Source of the DNA: Dendrobates tinctorius
Lineage: Eukaryota
Length of the DNA stretch: 64,000 nucleotides
Assembly: GCF_039654945.1 (NCBI RefSeq)
Contig: NW_027361824.1
Coordinates: forward strand, 17,422,001-17,486,000
Direction of reading: 5' to 3'
This document shows positions 1-12,616 of this stretch, piece by piece. A model generated the notes under the pieces. That model was not told where the DNA came from, made no database searches, and worked only from the letters and a program-made list of their open reading frames with translations. A program made the translations under genes and the position numbers. Positions within the stretch are counted from its first letter, which is position 1; every line of letters begins with the position of its first letter.

Positions 1-1806
1 CGGCTGTATAGATCTTTATATGCTCAGCTCCTCCCTGTGGTGACTGACTAAATCTGTATGTAGTGAGCTCCCCCTATTGATGGCTGCATAAATTTGTGTG
101 TAGTGAACTCCCTTTAGTGGTGGCTGAATAAATCTGTATGTAGTGAGCTCCCCCTAGTGGTGGCTGAATAAATCTGTATGTAGCGAGCTCCCCCTAGTGG
201 TGGCTGTATAAATCTGAATGTAGTGAGCTCCCCCTAGTGGTGGCTATATAAATCTGTATGTAGTGAGCTCCTTCTAGTGGTGGGTGTATAAATCTGTATG
301 TAATGAGCTCCCCCTAGTGGTGGCTGTATAAGTCTATATGAGGTGAGCTCCCCCTACTGGTGGCTGTATATATCTGTGTGTAGTGAGCCTGCCCCCTAGT
401 GGTGGCTATATAAATCTGAATGTAGTGAGCTCTCCCTAGTGGTGGCTGTATAAATCTGAATGTAGTGAGCTCCCTCTAGTGGTGACTGTATAAATCAATG
501 TGTAGTAAGTTCCCCCTAGTGGTGACTATAAATCTGTATGTAGTGAGCTCCCCCTAGTGTTGGCTGTGGAAATCTGTATGTAGTGAGCTCCCCCTTGTGG
601 TGGCTGTATAAATCTGTATGTAGTGAGCTCCCTCTAGTGGTGGTTGTATAAATCTGTATGTAGTGAGCTTCCCCTAGTGGTGGCTGTATAAATCTATATG
701 TAGTGAACTCCCCCTTGTGGTGGCTGTATAAATATGTATGTAGTGAGCTCTCCCTAGTTGGACTGTATAAATCAGTGTGTAGTCAGCTCCCCCTAATGGT
801 GGATGTATAAATCTGAGTGTAGTGAGCTCCCCCTAGTGGTGGATGTATAAATCTGTGTGTAGTGAGTTCCCCCAAGTGGTGACTATATAAATCTGCATGT
901 AGTGATCTCCCCCTAGTGGTGGCTGTATAAATCTATATGTAGTGAGCTCCCCCTTGTGGTGGCTGTATAAATCTGTATGTAGTGAGCTCTCCCTAGTGGT
1001 GGCTATATAAATCTATATGTAGTGAGCCCCCCCTTGTGGTGTCTGTATAAATCTGTATGTAGTGAGCTCCCTCTAGTGGTGGCTGTATAAATCTGAATGT
1101 AGTGAGCTCCCTCTAGTGGTGGCTGTATAAATCTGTATGTAGTGAGTTCCCCCTAGTGGTGACTGTATAAATCTGCATGTAGTGAGCTCCCCCTAGTGGT
1201 GGCTGTATATATCTATATGTAGTGAACTCCCCCTTGTGGTGGCTGTATAAATCTGTATGTAGTGAGCTCTCCCTAGTGGTGGCTGTATAAATCTGTATGT
1301 AGTGAGCTCCCTCTAGTGGTGGTTGTATAAATCTGTATGTAATGAGCTCCCTCTAGTGTTGGCTGTATAAATCTGTATGTAGTGAGCTCTCCCTAGTGGT
1401 GGCTGTATAAATCTGTATGTAGTGAGCTTCCCCTAGTGGTGGCTGTATAAATCTGTATGTAGTGAGCTCCCTCTAGTGGTGGTTGTATAAATCTGTATGT
1501 AATGAGCTCCCTCTAGTGTTGGCTGTATAAATCTGTATGTAATGAGCGCCCTCTAGTGTTGGCTGTAGAAATCTGTATGTAGTGAGCTCCCCCTAGTGGT
1601 GGCTATATAAATCTATATGTAGTGAGCTCCCCCTTGTGGTGGCTGTATAAATCTGTATGTAGTGAGCTCTCCCTAGTGGTGACTGTATAAATGTGTGTAG
1701 TCAGCTCCCCCTAGTGGTGGATGTATAAATCTGATTGTAGTGAGCTCCCCTTAGTGGTGGATGTATAAATCTGTGTGTAGTGAGTTCCCCCAAGTGGTGA
1801 CTGTAG
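1..1806. repeat. 40-bp minisatellite (~45 units) in a myo7a intron
   Basis: Tandem unit TAGTGAGCTCCCCCTAGTGGTGGCTGTATAAATCTGTATG; runs off the window start. Confidence 0.95.
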
Positions 1807-1877
1807 GTACCTCCTTCAGCAATGTCACTGCAGGCAGAGGTAATAGCAGTGCCGATCTTTTTATTTCCACCCTGCAG

Positions 1878-1994
1878 TCCATTATTGCCTACTTCAACAA
1901 ACACGCCGGCAAGACGCGAGAAGAATCCAAGGTTGCCTTTCTGAAGATTATCTTTAAGTGGCCAACGTTTGGTTCAGCTTTCTTTGAGGTTAAG
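1878..1994 (+). CDS. myo7a: Myosin VIIA exon (C-terminal FERM domain)
   Basis: cag|TCC...AAG|gt, 117 nt; [39 protein letters not shown] matches the MYO7A C-terminus. Confidence 0.96.
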
Positions 1995-2081
1995 GTGAGG
2001 TATGATAGCCATGATTGGGCACATCAGTTATACAGTGAGATTTATTTTTAATTTTACATTTAAATTTTTTTTTTTCATCAG

Positions 2082-2165
2082 CAAACCACCGAGCCGCACT
2101 TTCCTGAAATCCTCTTGATAGCGATAAACAAGCATGGCGTCAGCCTGATAGACCCCAAGACAAAG
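2082..2165 (+). CDS. myo7a: Myosin VIIA exon
   Basis: cag|CAA...AAG|gt, 84 nt; [28 protein letters not shown]. Confidence 0.96.
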
Positions 2166-2285
2166 GTGCGATGTTCCTCATAGTGATGTCTGTGTGTTCT
2201 TTCTGCCAAACCCCAAAAACGCGCCCTGGCTGTAGGGTGAGCCCCTCGGAGACAGGGAGATTATTACTGGGTCTCGCTCCTCTAA

Positions 2286-2459
<174 letters not shown>

Positions 2460-3544
2460 TGAAATTTCACTTGCTTTATACTGTTTTTCCTTAACGTCTG
2501 TCGAGAGAGCGTTGGGTTGCCCCGTACACATAACATAGCCCATCAATCCCACGAAAATCGACTTGTAGGGTTGACTTCTATCTAATAGGATGGGAGCCAT
2601 TCCGACACCACTGCCTTCGCGATGTCGGTGCATGTACAGATGTCATTCATTAGAATAGGACTCGCGCACGTTACCTCCTGATTGTGCCCACTTCCCGGCT
2701 GGCATCAGGCTGTAAGGGAGTGACAGGGACTGTCATGTGCCTTCCCTCCTGAAAGACGATTACAAAAAGGTTCTGACATTCGATTTTACCGTATTTTTAT
2801 GACTGTTGTAATATGTGAAAAAAATGCATAGAACTTTATAAGAACTAATTGATGCAGTTATCGTGATGTAATGTAATGATTGTACAGGTTTAGGTCATGA
2901 GGTATAGTATAGGGCTTAGAGGTTAGGATTAAAACGGGAAATATGCAGTGGTGGGCATATTAATTATAGGGAGTAATGCACAGGTGTCTATACGGTTAAT
3001 ATGTTCAGGAATAGTCCATATTTTGGGAAGGGATAGAGTAGACAAAAAGGGGAAAGACACTCCCTGGATAAAGTGTCTAAGACAGTGAGGATTGGAGGTA
3101 CGTGGGAAGATCTGTTCAAGCAGCAGTGGCTTAGAGGCACGAAAAGTACATATTGTTCAGGAATAATGATGTTTCACCAGAAGTCTTGCGAAAATCCTCA
3201 TGAGGTCCGGGGCCTGTGGCCCGGAGTGGGCACTGGAATGTGTGTCTTATTCTCTTCCATGCCAAAGAGGCCGGACGGAGAGATGTGAGAGGTAACGGTA
3301 GGGTATCCCAGAAAAGCTGTGTTACTGGGTGGAGAGTCCCTAGGGCCGACAGAAGTTGTTGAGGTAGGGACAGTCCGAGTAGAATGGAGGCAAAGTCTTG
3401 TAATCTACTGTGTAACTGGAACAACAACTGAAGGGTGCTGTGCCCGATGCCGCATGTAGCAGACTGTTGTATATGAACTGTCCAGTAAAGTTGAACTTGT
3501 TGAAATGAACTGGGTGTCCCCTGATGAGTGTGTGGCTGACCCTG

Positions 3545-4320
3545 GCCCCATGCTGTATTTAGAGGGCTATGTGGGGGCTCATACTATACACAGGGGACTA
3601 TGTGATGGCTCATACTATATATAGAGAGGCTAGGTGTGTGCCCAACTGTATTTAGAGGGCTATGTGAAGTCTCATACAATATCTATGGGGCTATGTGAGG
3701 GCTGTATATAAGGGGGCTATGGGGGGGCTGATATTGTATATAGAGAGGCTATGATGGGGCTCATACTGTAGATAGGGGGCTATGTGGTGTCTCAAACAGT
3801 ATTTATGGGGCGATATGGGGATCATACTGTACATAAGGGGGATATGTGGAGGCTGATATTGTATATAGAGAGGATAGGAGGGAGCTCATACTGTATCTAG
3901 GGGGCTATATGGGGGCACATACTGTATTTTTATGTAGGTGCTTATACTGTATATAAGGGGGCTATGTGGGAGCTCGTATTGTATATAGAGAAGCTATGTG
4001 AGGGCTCATATTTTATACAGGGAGGCTATGTGTGGGCTCATACTTTCTACAGTTGGATGTGTGGGGGCTCTCACTGTGTTCAGGGAGCTCCCACTGTATA
4101 AAGGGTGCCATATTAGGGCTCACATTGTATATGAGGAGATATATGGTGGATCACAGTGTATACAGGGGTCTACAGTATATATACTGTATGTAGAAGGGCT
4201 ATGTGAGGGCTCATACTGTATATAGGAGGCAATGTGGGGGCTCACACTATGTAGGGGGTTGTGTGTGAAATCTCACAGTATATAGGGGTCTGAATGTGGA
4301 CTCATATTGAATATAGTGGG
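3545..4320. repeat. Degenerate ~32-bp repeat (ATACTGTATATAGGGGGCTATGTGGGGGCTC-like), probably the interior of a non-autonomous DNA transposon
   Basis: Recurrent catactgtatat...ggctatgtggg periodicity; a related array lies at 15770-16560. Confidence 0.7.
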
Positions 4321-4730
4321 ACGTCAACATACTTAATTCTGCTCAATATTAAGTCATAGTATTAATATTAATCTATATATATATAAAATTGAGTGTGTGT
4401 GTGTCTGTGTGTATCACCAACCAATCATTAAGCATCTTTCATTTCACCAGAGCTGTTTAAAAGAAGCTGAGCTGTGATTGGTTTCTATGAGCAACAGTTT
4501 CCTCACTCCACGACAACACCTCAGCAGACAGTGACCGGATGGGAGAAATCTAGCATCCCCGGGAACATAAGCTCCCAGCTATTGTCTGCCCCCCAGAAAG
4601 GAGCAGAGAGCACATGACAGAAATGAATCCCCCCTCCCGTGCCCATATACCCATCACACATCCTCCATCCCATAGTCCCATGCCAATATACCCATCATAC
4701 ATATCCTCCATCCCATAGGCACATCTTCCC

Positions 4731-5355
4731 TCTTAAAGGGATCTACGGTATGGAAGTTAGGGCAAATCCCTCAGCCGCTCTGATTCTGACCCCAGGCCTC
4801 TATTAGAGGGATCATTGGTATGGAAGTCAGGGCAAATCCATCCAGTGCTTTTCTTTGACCCCAGGCCTCTCTTAAAGGGATCCCCGGTACGGAAGTGAGG
4901 GCAAATCCACTCTGCGCTCTGATTCTGACCCCAGGCACCCTCTTAAAGGGATCCCCGGTATGGAATTAGGACCGTTCCACTCAGCGCTGTGGTTCTGACC
5001 CCAGGGTCTCTTAAAGGGATCATTGGTATGGAAGTTAGGGCAATTCAACTAAGCGCTGTGGTTCTGACGCCAGGCCTCTCTTAAAGGGATCTCCGGTATG
5101 GAAGTTAGGGCAAATCCCTCAGCGCTATGATTTTGACCCCAGGCCTCTCTAAAGGGATCATTGCTATGGAAGTCAGGGCAAATCCATTCAGCGCTTTGGT
5201 TCTGATGCCAGGCCTCTCTTAAAGGGATCCCCGGTATGGAAGTTAGGACTGTTCCACTCAGCGCTGTGGTTCTGACCCCAGGGCCTCTTAAAAGGATCAT
5301 TGGTATGGAGGTTAGGGCAAATTCACTCTGCGCTCTGGTTCTGACTGACCCCAGG
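4731..5355. repeat. ~70-bp tandem repeat (~9 units)
   Basis: Unit CTTAAAGGGATCCCCGGTATGGAAGTTAGGGCAAATCC...CCCCAGGCCTCT recurs at ~4732, 4871, 4942, 5010, 5080, 5218. Confidence 0.9.
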
Positions 5356-8300
5356 CTGACGGGATGATGTGGGATATTAGGGGTAGTAGTCCGGTGGCTC
5401 TGGCTGACGGGATGATGTGGGATATTAGGGGTAGTAGTCCGGTGGCTCTGGCTGATGGGATGATGTGGGATATTAGGGGTAGTAGTCCAGTGGCTCTGGC
5501 TGACGGGATGATGTGGGATATTAGGGGTAGTAGTCCGGTGGCTCTGGCTGACGGGATGATGTGGGATATTAGGGGTAGTAGTCCGGTAGCTCTGGCTGAC
5601 GGGATGATGTGGGATATTAGGGGTAGTAGTCCGGTGGCTCTGGCTGACGGGATGATGTGGGATATTAGGGGTTGTAGTCCGGTGGCTCTGGCTGATGGGA
5701 TGATGTGGGATATTAGGGGTAGTAGTCCGGTAGCTCTGGCTGACGGGATGATGTGGGATATTAGGGGTAGTAGTCCGGTAGCTCTGGCTGACGGGATGAT
5801 GTGGGATATTAGGGGTAGTAGTCCGGTGGCTCTGGCCGACGGGATGATGTGGGATATTAGGGGTAGTAGTCCGGTGGCTCTGGCCGACGGGATGATGTGG
5901 GATATTAGGGGTAGTAGTCCGGTGGCTCTGGCCGACGGGATGATGTGGGATATTAGGGGTAGTAGTCCGGTGGCTCTGGCCGACGGGATGATGTGGGATG
6001 TTAGGGGTAGTAGTCCGGTGGCTCTGGCCGACGGGATGATGTGGGATATTAGGGGTAGTAGTCCGGTGGCTCTGGCCGACGGGATGATGTGGGATATTAG
6101 GGGTAGTACGCTCTGGCTGACGGGATGATGTGGGATATTAGGGGTAGTAGTCCGGTGGCTCTGTCTGACGGGATGATGTGGGATATTAGGGGTAGTAATC
6201 CGATGGCTCTGGCTGACGGGATGATGTGGGATATTAGGGGTAGTAGTCCGGTGGTTCTGGCTGACGGGATGATGTGGGATATTAGTGGTAGTAGTCCAGT
6301 GGCTCTGTCTGACGGGATGATGTGGGATATTAGGGGTAGTAGTCTGGTGGCTCTGGCTGACGGGATGATGTGTGATATTAGGGGTAGTAGTCCGGTGGCT
6401 CTGGCTGATGGGATGATGTGGGATATTAGGGGTAGTAGTCTGGTGGCTCTGGCTGACGGGATGATGTGTGATATTAGGGGTAGTAGTCCGGTGGCTCTGG
6501 CTGACGGGATGATGTGGGATATTAGGGGTAGTAGTCCGGTGGCTCTGTCTGACGGGATGATGTGGGATATTAGGGGTAGTAATCCGATGGCTCTGGCTGA
6601 CGGGATGATGTGGGATATTAGGGGTAGTAGTCCGGTGGCTCTGGCTGACGGGATGATGTGTGATATTAGGGGTAGTAATCCGATGGCTCTGGCTGACGGG
6701 ATGATGTGGGATATTAGGGGTAGTAGTCCGGTGGCTCTGGCCGACGGGATGATGTGGGATATTAGGGGTAGTACGCTCTGGCTGACGGGATGATGTGGGA
6801 TATTAGGAGTAGTTGTCCGGTGGCTCTGACAGGGCGATGTGAGATATTAGGGGTAGTAGTCCGGTGGCTCTGTCTGACGGGATGATGTGGGATATTAGGG
6901 GTAGTAATCCGATGGCTCTGGCTGACGGGATGATGTGGGATATTAGGGGTAGTAGTCCGGTGGCTCTGGCTGACGGGATGATGTGGGATATTAGTGGTAG
7001 TAGTCCAGTGGCTCTGTCTGACGGGATGATGTGGGATATTAGGGGTAGTAGTCTGGTGGCTCTGGCTGACGGGATGATGTGTGATATTAGGGGTAGTAGT
7101 CCGGTGGCTCTGGCTGACGGGATGATGTGGGATATTAGGGGTAGTAGTCTGGTGGCTCTGGCTGATTGGATGATGTGGGATATTAGGGGTAGTAGTCCGG
7201 TGGCTCTGGCTGACGGGATGATGTGGGATATTAGGGGTAGTAGTCCGGTGGCTCTGGCTGATTGGATGATGTGGGATATTAGGGGTAGTAGTCCGGTGGC
7301 TCTGGCTGATGGGATGATGTGGGATATTAGGGGTAGTAGTCTGGTGGCTCTGGCTGACGGGATGATGTGTGATATTAGGGGTAGTAGTCCGGTGGCTCTG
7401 GCTGACGGGATGATGTGGGATATTAGGGGTAGTAGTCTGGTGGCTCTGGCTGATTGGATGATGTGGGATATTAGGGGTAGTAGTCCGGTGGCTCTGGCTG
7501 ACGGGATGATGTGGGATATTAGGGGTAGTAGTCCGGTGGCTCTGGCTGATTGGATGATGTGGGATATTAGGGGTAGTAGTCCGGTGGCTCTGGCTGACGG
7601 GATGATGTGGGATATTAGGGGTAGTAGTCTGGTGGCTCTGGCTGATTGGATGATGTGGGATATTAGGGGTAGTAGTCTGGTGGCTCTGGCTGACGGGATG
7701 ATGTGTGATATTAGGGGTAGTAGTCCGGTGGCTCTGGCTGATGGGATGATGTGGGATATTAGGGGTTGTAGTCCGGTGGCTCTGGCTGATGGGATGATGT
7801 GGGATATTAGGGGTAGTAGTCCGGTGACTCTGGCTGACGGGATGATGTGGGATATTAGGGGTAGTAGTCTGGTGGCTCTGGTTGATTGGATGATGTGGGA
7901 TATTAGGGGTAGTAGTCCGGTGGCTCTGGCTGACGGGATGATGTGGGATATTAGGGGTAGTAGTCCGGTGGCTCTGGCTGATGGGATGATGTGGGATATT
8001 AGGGGTAGTAGTCCGGTGACTCTGGCTGACGGGATGATGTGGGATATTAGGGGTAGTAGTCTGGTGGCTCTGGCTGATTGGATGATGTGGGATATTAGGG
8101 GTAGTAGTCCGGTGGCTCTGGCTGACGGGATGATGTGGGATATTAGGGGTAGTAGTCCGGTGACTCTGGCTGACGGGATGATGTGGGATATTAGGGGTAG
8201 TAGTCTGGTGGCTCTGGCTGATTGGATGATGTGGGATATTAGGGGTAGTAGTCCGGTGGCTCTGGCTGACGGGATGATGTGGGATATTAGGGGTAGTAGT

Positions 8301-8817
8301 CCGGTGGCTCTGGCTGACGGGATGATGTGGGATATTAGGGGTAGTAGTCCGGTGGCTCTGGCTGATGGGATGATGTGGGATATTAGGGGTAGTAGTCCGG
8401 TGGCTCTGGCTGACGGGATGATGTGGGATATTAGGGGCAGTAGTCCGGTGGCTCTGGCTGACGGGATGATGTGGGATATTAGGGGTAGTAGTCCGGTGGC
8501 TCTGGCTGACGGGATGATGTGGGATATTAGGGGTAGTAGTCCGGTGGCTCTGGCTGACGGGATGATGTGGGATATTAGGGGTAGTAGTCCGGTGGCTCTG
8601 GCTGATGGGATGATGTGGGATATTAGGGGTAGTAGTCCGGTGGCTCTGACTGACGGGATGATGTGGGATATTAGGGGTAGTAGTCCGGTGGCTCTGACTG
8701 ACGGGATGATGTGGGATATTAGGGGTAGTAGTCCGGTGGCTCTGGCTGACGGGATGATGTGGGATATTAGGGGTAGTAGTCCGGTGGCTCTGGCTGACGG
8801 GATGATGTGGGATATTA
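5356..8817. repeat. 48-bp G-rich minisatellite (~72 units)
   Basis: Unit CTGGCTGACGGGATGATGTGGGATATTAGGGGTAGTAGTCCGGTGGCT; produces the spurious 16-aa repeat ORFs. Confidence 0.97.
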
Positions 8818-9126
8818 TAGTGAATGTGGCTATGCAGAGTGGGCGGGGCTCTACACTCAGCTATATATATATAGATATAATCATTATAATTTGTTATAAC
8901 TAACCGTAGTTGGTTACTATGCCCGGGCAGCGCCGGGCTCTTCAGCTAGTATAAAATAATTATAATTAATATGTTCATATTGATATTGAGCAGAGTTTAT
9001 CTCAGACTATTGGTTTGGCCTCCATATAAGTCACAGTCTCTCATGTGGCCCCTTGGGAAAATGAATTGCCCACTCCTGGTCTAGGGCATATTGGTCTCTT
9101 AATTTTGTGATTTCCTTTTTTTCCAG

Positions 9127-9216
9127 GGCTACAAGATGGACGACCTGCTGACCTCCTACATCAGCCAGATGCTGACGTCCATGAGCAAGCAACGAGGGGC
9201 TAAAGGCAGCAAGTGA
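9127..9216 (+). CDS. myo7a: Myosin VIIA terminal coding exon
   Basis: ttccag|GGC; [29 protein letters not shown] with TGA at 9214-9216. Confidence 0.96.
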   Translation, partial: GYKMDDLLTSYISQMLTSMSKQRGAKGSK

Positions 9217-9796
9217 ACTGAGAGGGAGCGCTGGCACCTTGTGCTAGACCTGATCCGCTGCCTGAAGTCTGTGGGGTATCCGTGTAGCTGGGGTAAGACG
9301 TTCTCCCCCCAAGTGTGGAACATGAGCAGGGCTGAATCCCAAACCTCATCCGATTCAGAGACTGAAGGATCAAACACCTCATCCAGCGAGGATGACTACC
9401 TGTGAGGGCGCAGTCACAGCCGCCGCACTATGGGGGGCGCTGTATTTGGATGGACCCTTTGATACTTTGCAGAAGAACACTTTCCGTGGTGGCAGAGGCC
9501 CATGTCCTGCACATGTTCAGTGTCTAGAAGATGGTCGGAGCCACCGAACAACAACACGTGGGAGACGAGGCCGCACGACTCCGAGAGCACACGACATTTT
9601 ATATAAATTCTATGCAGCAGATTATAATATATTCCTAATCCCAGAGTCCTAGAGGAGCCGCAGCCGGGACCCAAGAGAAAATTCTACTTTATTTATTTAA
9701 CTTAAATGACGACGTCCCAAATTGTTCTGAAATTTTGAATTTGAAAAAAATATATAATTGAGAAAAATTCTGAAGTTCGAATCTTGTGTTTATATT

Positions 9797-9802
9797 AATA
9801 AA
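9797..9802 (+). promoter_or_regulatory. Putative myo7a polyadenylation signal
   Basis: AATAAA ~580 nt after the stop, in AT-rich 3' UTR; overlapping ATTTA pentamers at ~9691-9699. Confidence 0.6.
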
Positions 9803-9839
9803 GTAAGGGGGTCTTCCAGGAGCATTGGGGTTAGTATAG

Positions 9840-10705
9840 TGAGCGCAGCTCTGGAGCATAATACAGGATGTAACTCAGGATCAGTAATGTAATGTATGTA
9901 CACAGTAACTGCACCAGCAGAATAGTGAGTGCAGCTATGGAGTATAATACAGGATGTAACTCAGGATCAGTAATGTAATGTATGTACACAGTGACTGCAC
10001 CAGCAGAATAGTGAGTGCAGCTCTGGAGTATAATACAGGATGTAACTCAGGATCAGTAATGTAATGTATGTACACAGTAACTGCACCAGCAGAATAGTGA
10101 GTGCAGCTATGGAGTATAATACAGGATGTAACTCAGGATCAGTAATGTAATGTATGTACACAGTGACTGCACCAGCAGAATAGTGAGTGCAGCTCTGGAG
10201 TATAATACAGGATGTAACTCAGGATCAGTAATGTAATGTATGTACACAGTAACTGCACCAGCAGAATAGTGAGTGCAGCTCTGGGGTATAATACAGGATG
10301 TAACTCAGGATCAGTAATGTAATGTATGTACACAGTGACTGCACCAGCAGAATAGTGAGTGCAGCTCTGGAGTATAATACAGGAAAAGTAATGTGTGTAC
10401 ACAGTGACTGCACCAGAAGAATAGTGAGTGCAACTCTGGGGTATAATACAGGATGTAACTCAGGATCAGTAATGTAATGTATGTACACAGTAACTGCACC
10501 AGCAGAATAGTGAGTGCAGCTCTGGAGTATAATACAGGAGGTAACTCAGGATCAGTAATGTAATGTATGTACACAGTAACTGCACCAGCAGAATAGTGAG
10601 TGTAGCTCTGGGGTATAATACAGGATATAACTCAGCATCAGTAATGTAATGTATGTACACAGTCACTGCACCAGTAGAATAGTGAGTGCAGCTCTGGAGT
10701 ATAAT
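9840..10705 (+). repeat. 86-bp satellite (~10 units) between the convergent gene 3' ends
   Basis: Unit CAGCAGAATAGTGAGTGCAGCTCTGGAGTATAATACAGGATGTAACTCAGGATCAGTAATGTAATGTATGTACACAGTGACTGCAC. Confidence 0.95.
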
Positions 10706-10763
10706 AAAGGAAAAACAAACATTTTAGTGAGGAGAAATTGTGTGAACAGAACATTATGATATT

Positions 10764-11010
10764 TTTATTTCCATATTGATGATACAGATACAGTACAACT
10801 TTTATATAAAAATCCTTTTTTTTAATAAGCAGCAAACATGTCTGATATCACCAGTCGGGCAGTGCCGCCTTCACATCAGACGAGTCTTTACAAGAAAATG
10901 CATTATTGCTCTAAGCAGCAGCTTCTTCACTTCAGATCTGACAGTAAAACCTCAAACATACTGTAATCATTTTCTAAATTGATGAAAAAGAAAATATTAT
11001 AGAATTTATT
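10764..11010 (-). promoter_or_regulatory. Candidate gdpd4 polyadenylation signals
   Basis: Minus-strand AATAAA (tttatt) at 10764-10769 and 11005-11010. Confidence 0.4.
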
Positions 11011-11629
11011 AAAAAAAAATTGTGCCTGACACTAGAAATGTCCTTCTTTGCAATAATACAAATGCCAAGATAACCATACAAAAAACAAGTCGTAATCTAC
11101 ATAAAAATAGAATAGAAAACCTTGCCCAATATCGGCTTAGCTTGTGCGACCCACACCTCGCCAGCTCCCAGTATATTCAGAGGTCAGTCTTTGGTGCTAT
11201 ATACAGTACACATACAAGAGGCAGCAAAATAGCAGAACATATGATAGGATTAGTGGGGAATGATGTGACGGGACTCGGGGGCTCTCTTGCAGTTATCGAG
11301 CCCCCTTGTTTGTTGTCACTTGTCCGAGGACCCCTGCTTATAGTCGTCTGATCTCAGGGCTCTAGGGGCCCTAACTGGTTCTAGTTTACTAGTCAATAGA
11401 TGCTTCCTAATAATCGATCGTGAGAATGAAAAATGTGGAAAATGACTCCTCCTTTCCTGCAGGGGCAGCACTGAGAAGTAGCCATCAGTGATGGAGACCT
11501 CTTGTTACACAGCCCCCTCTAGTGACAGCAGTCAGCACCAGAAGAGGATGTCAGCAACCACTGATGAGCAACTTATGTGTCACTTCTTAAGTTGCTGAGA
11601 ACAAAGCTAGATCGGGTTTGTGCGTTTAC

Positions 11630-12357
11630 TATGACGCTAGCACTGTGAGCACCAAAGAGTTTGACAATGTAGGACTATTATGACGCTGGCACTGTGGAAA
11701 CCACAATGAGTCTGACAATGCATGACTATAATCAAGTTGGCACTGTGGGCACTGCTATGGGTGCCAAAATAAGTCTGACAATGCAGGACTATGATTAGGT
11801 TGTCACTGTGGGCACCGCTATGGGTGCCACAATGAGTCTGACAATACAGAACTATGATCATGTTGGCACTGCTATGGATGCCACAATGAATCTGACACTG
11901 CAGGACTATTATGACACTGGCACTGATGCCACAACAATGAGTCTGACACAACAGGACTGTTACTACGCGGGCACGACAGAGTCTGACTGCTGGACCATGA
12001 TAAGGCTGCCACTGATGGCACCACAATAAGTCTGACATAACAGGACTGTTACTACATGGGCACGACAATGAGGCTGACTTTGCAGGACTATGAGGATGCT
12101 GGCACTGAGGGCACCACAATGAGTCTGACACTGCAGGACTATCAAGAGGCTGGCACTGTGGGTACCACTATGGGTGCCATAATGAGTCTGACACTGCAGG
12201 ACTATCATGAGGCTGGCACTGTGGGTACTGCTATGGGTGCCAGAATGAGTTTGATACTGCAGAACTATTATGACTCTGGCACTGAGGGCACCACAATGAA
12301 TCTGACACAGCAGGACTATAATGAGGCAGGCACTATGGGCACCGCTATGGGTGCCTA
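11630..12357. repeat. 63/48-bp degenerate tandem repeat in the putative gdpd4 3' UTR
   Basis: Unit ATGAGTCTGACACTGCAGGACTATCATGAGGCTGGCACTGTGGG(CACCGCTATGGGTGCC)ACA; period 63 at 12119-12182. Confidence 0.85.
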
Positions 12358-12616
12358 TAGTTTTGCCCGGAGGGCTTTTGTATGTGGGATCAGAGTATTT
12401 AATTGTCATGATGATACTATACCCATCCCTCTTTACTGACACCAGTATTGGAAAGTCGGGCACCAGTTCATTGTCAGTCTGTCCCAGAACTTGCTTTAGT
12501 CTAGTTCAAGGGTGGTAATCTCACAGAGGGGGTACAACTTCTATATGGACCTGGGCATGGTTGGTCTTTGCTGTCACTGGCATCATTGGCGGTTCTGGTC
12601 TTTCTTTGTCACTCTA

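Larger units (their letters stand above)
4372..8949 (+). mobile_element. Non-autonomous Helitron (~4.6 kb) containing satellite arrays
   Basis: A|TC start at 4372, CTAG|T end at 8949, subterminal hairpin GCCCGG-GCAGCG-CCGGGC, no TSD; the flanks rejoin into the inverted repeat CTGCTCAATAT...ATATTGAGCAG. Confidence 0.8.

Noticed and set aside
2885-2932. TTAGG-like telomeric look-alikes
   Set aside because: Only a few degenerate units and no (TTAGGG)n tract
2860-3545. Possible LTR remnant (purine-rich, AGTAAA signal)
   Set aside because: No TG...CA ends or TSD could be defined by eye
5364-8903. Long ORFs (254, 222 and 679 aa) of MMWDIRGSSPVALADG repeats
   Set aside because: They result from a stop-free frame in a 48-bp satellite inside an intron; there are frameshifting deletions and no exon context
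9967-10835. Staggered MYIHYITDPEL ORFs (also 49836-50939 and 53768-54407)
   Set aside because: Translations of the 86-bp satellite, offset by the repeat period
11561-11600. CTGATGA followed by a GCAACTTA/TAAGTTGC stem, hammerhead-like
   Set aside because: The stem is followed by TGAGAA rather than GAAA, and no stem I/III or NUH triplet is evident
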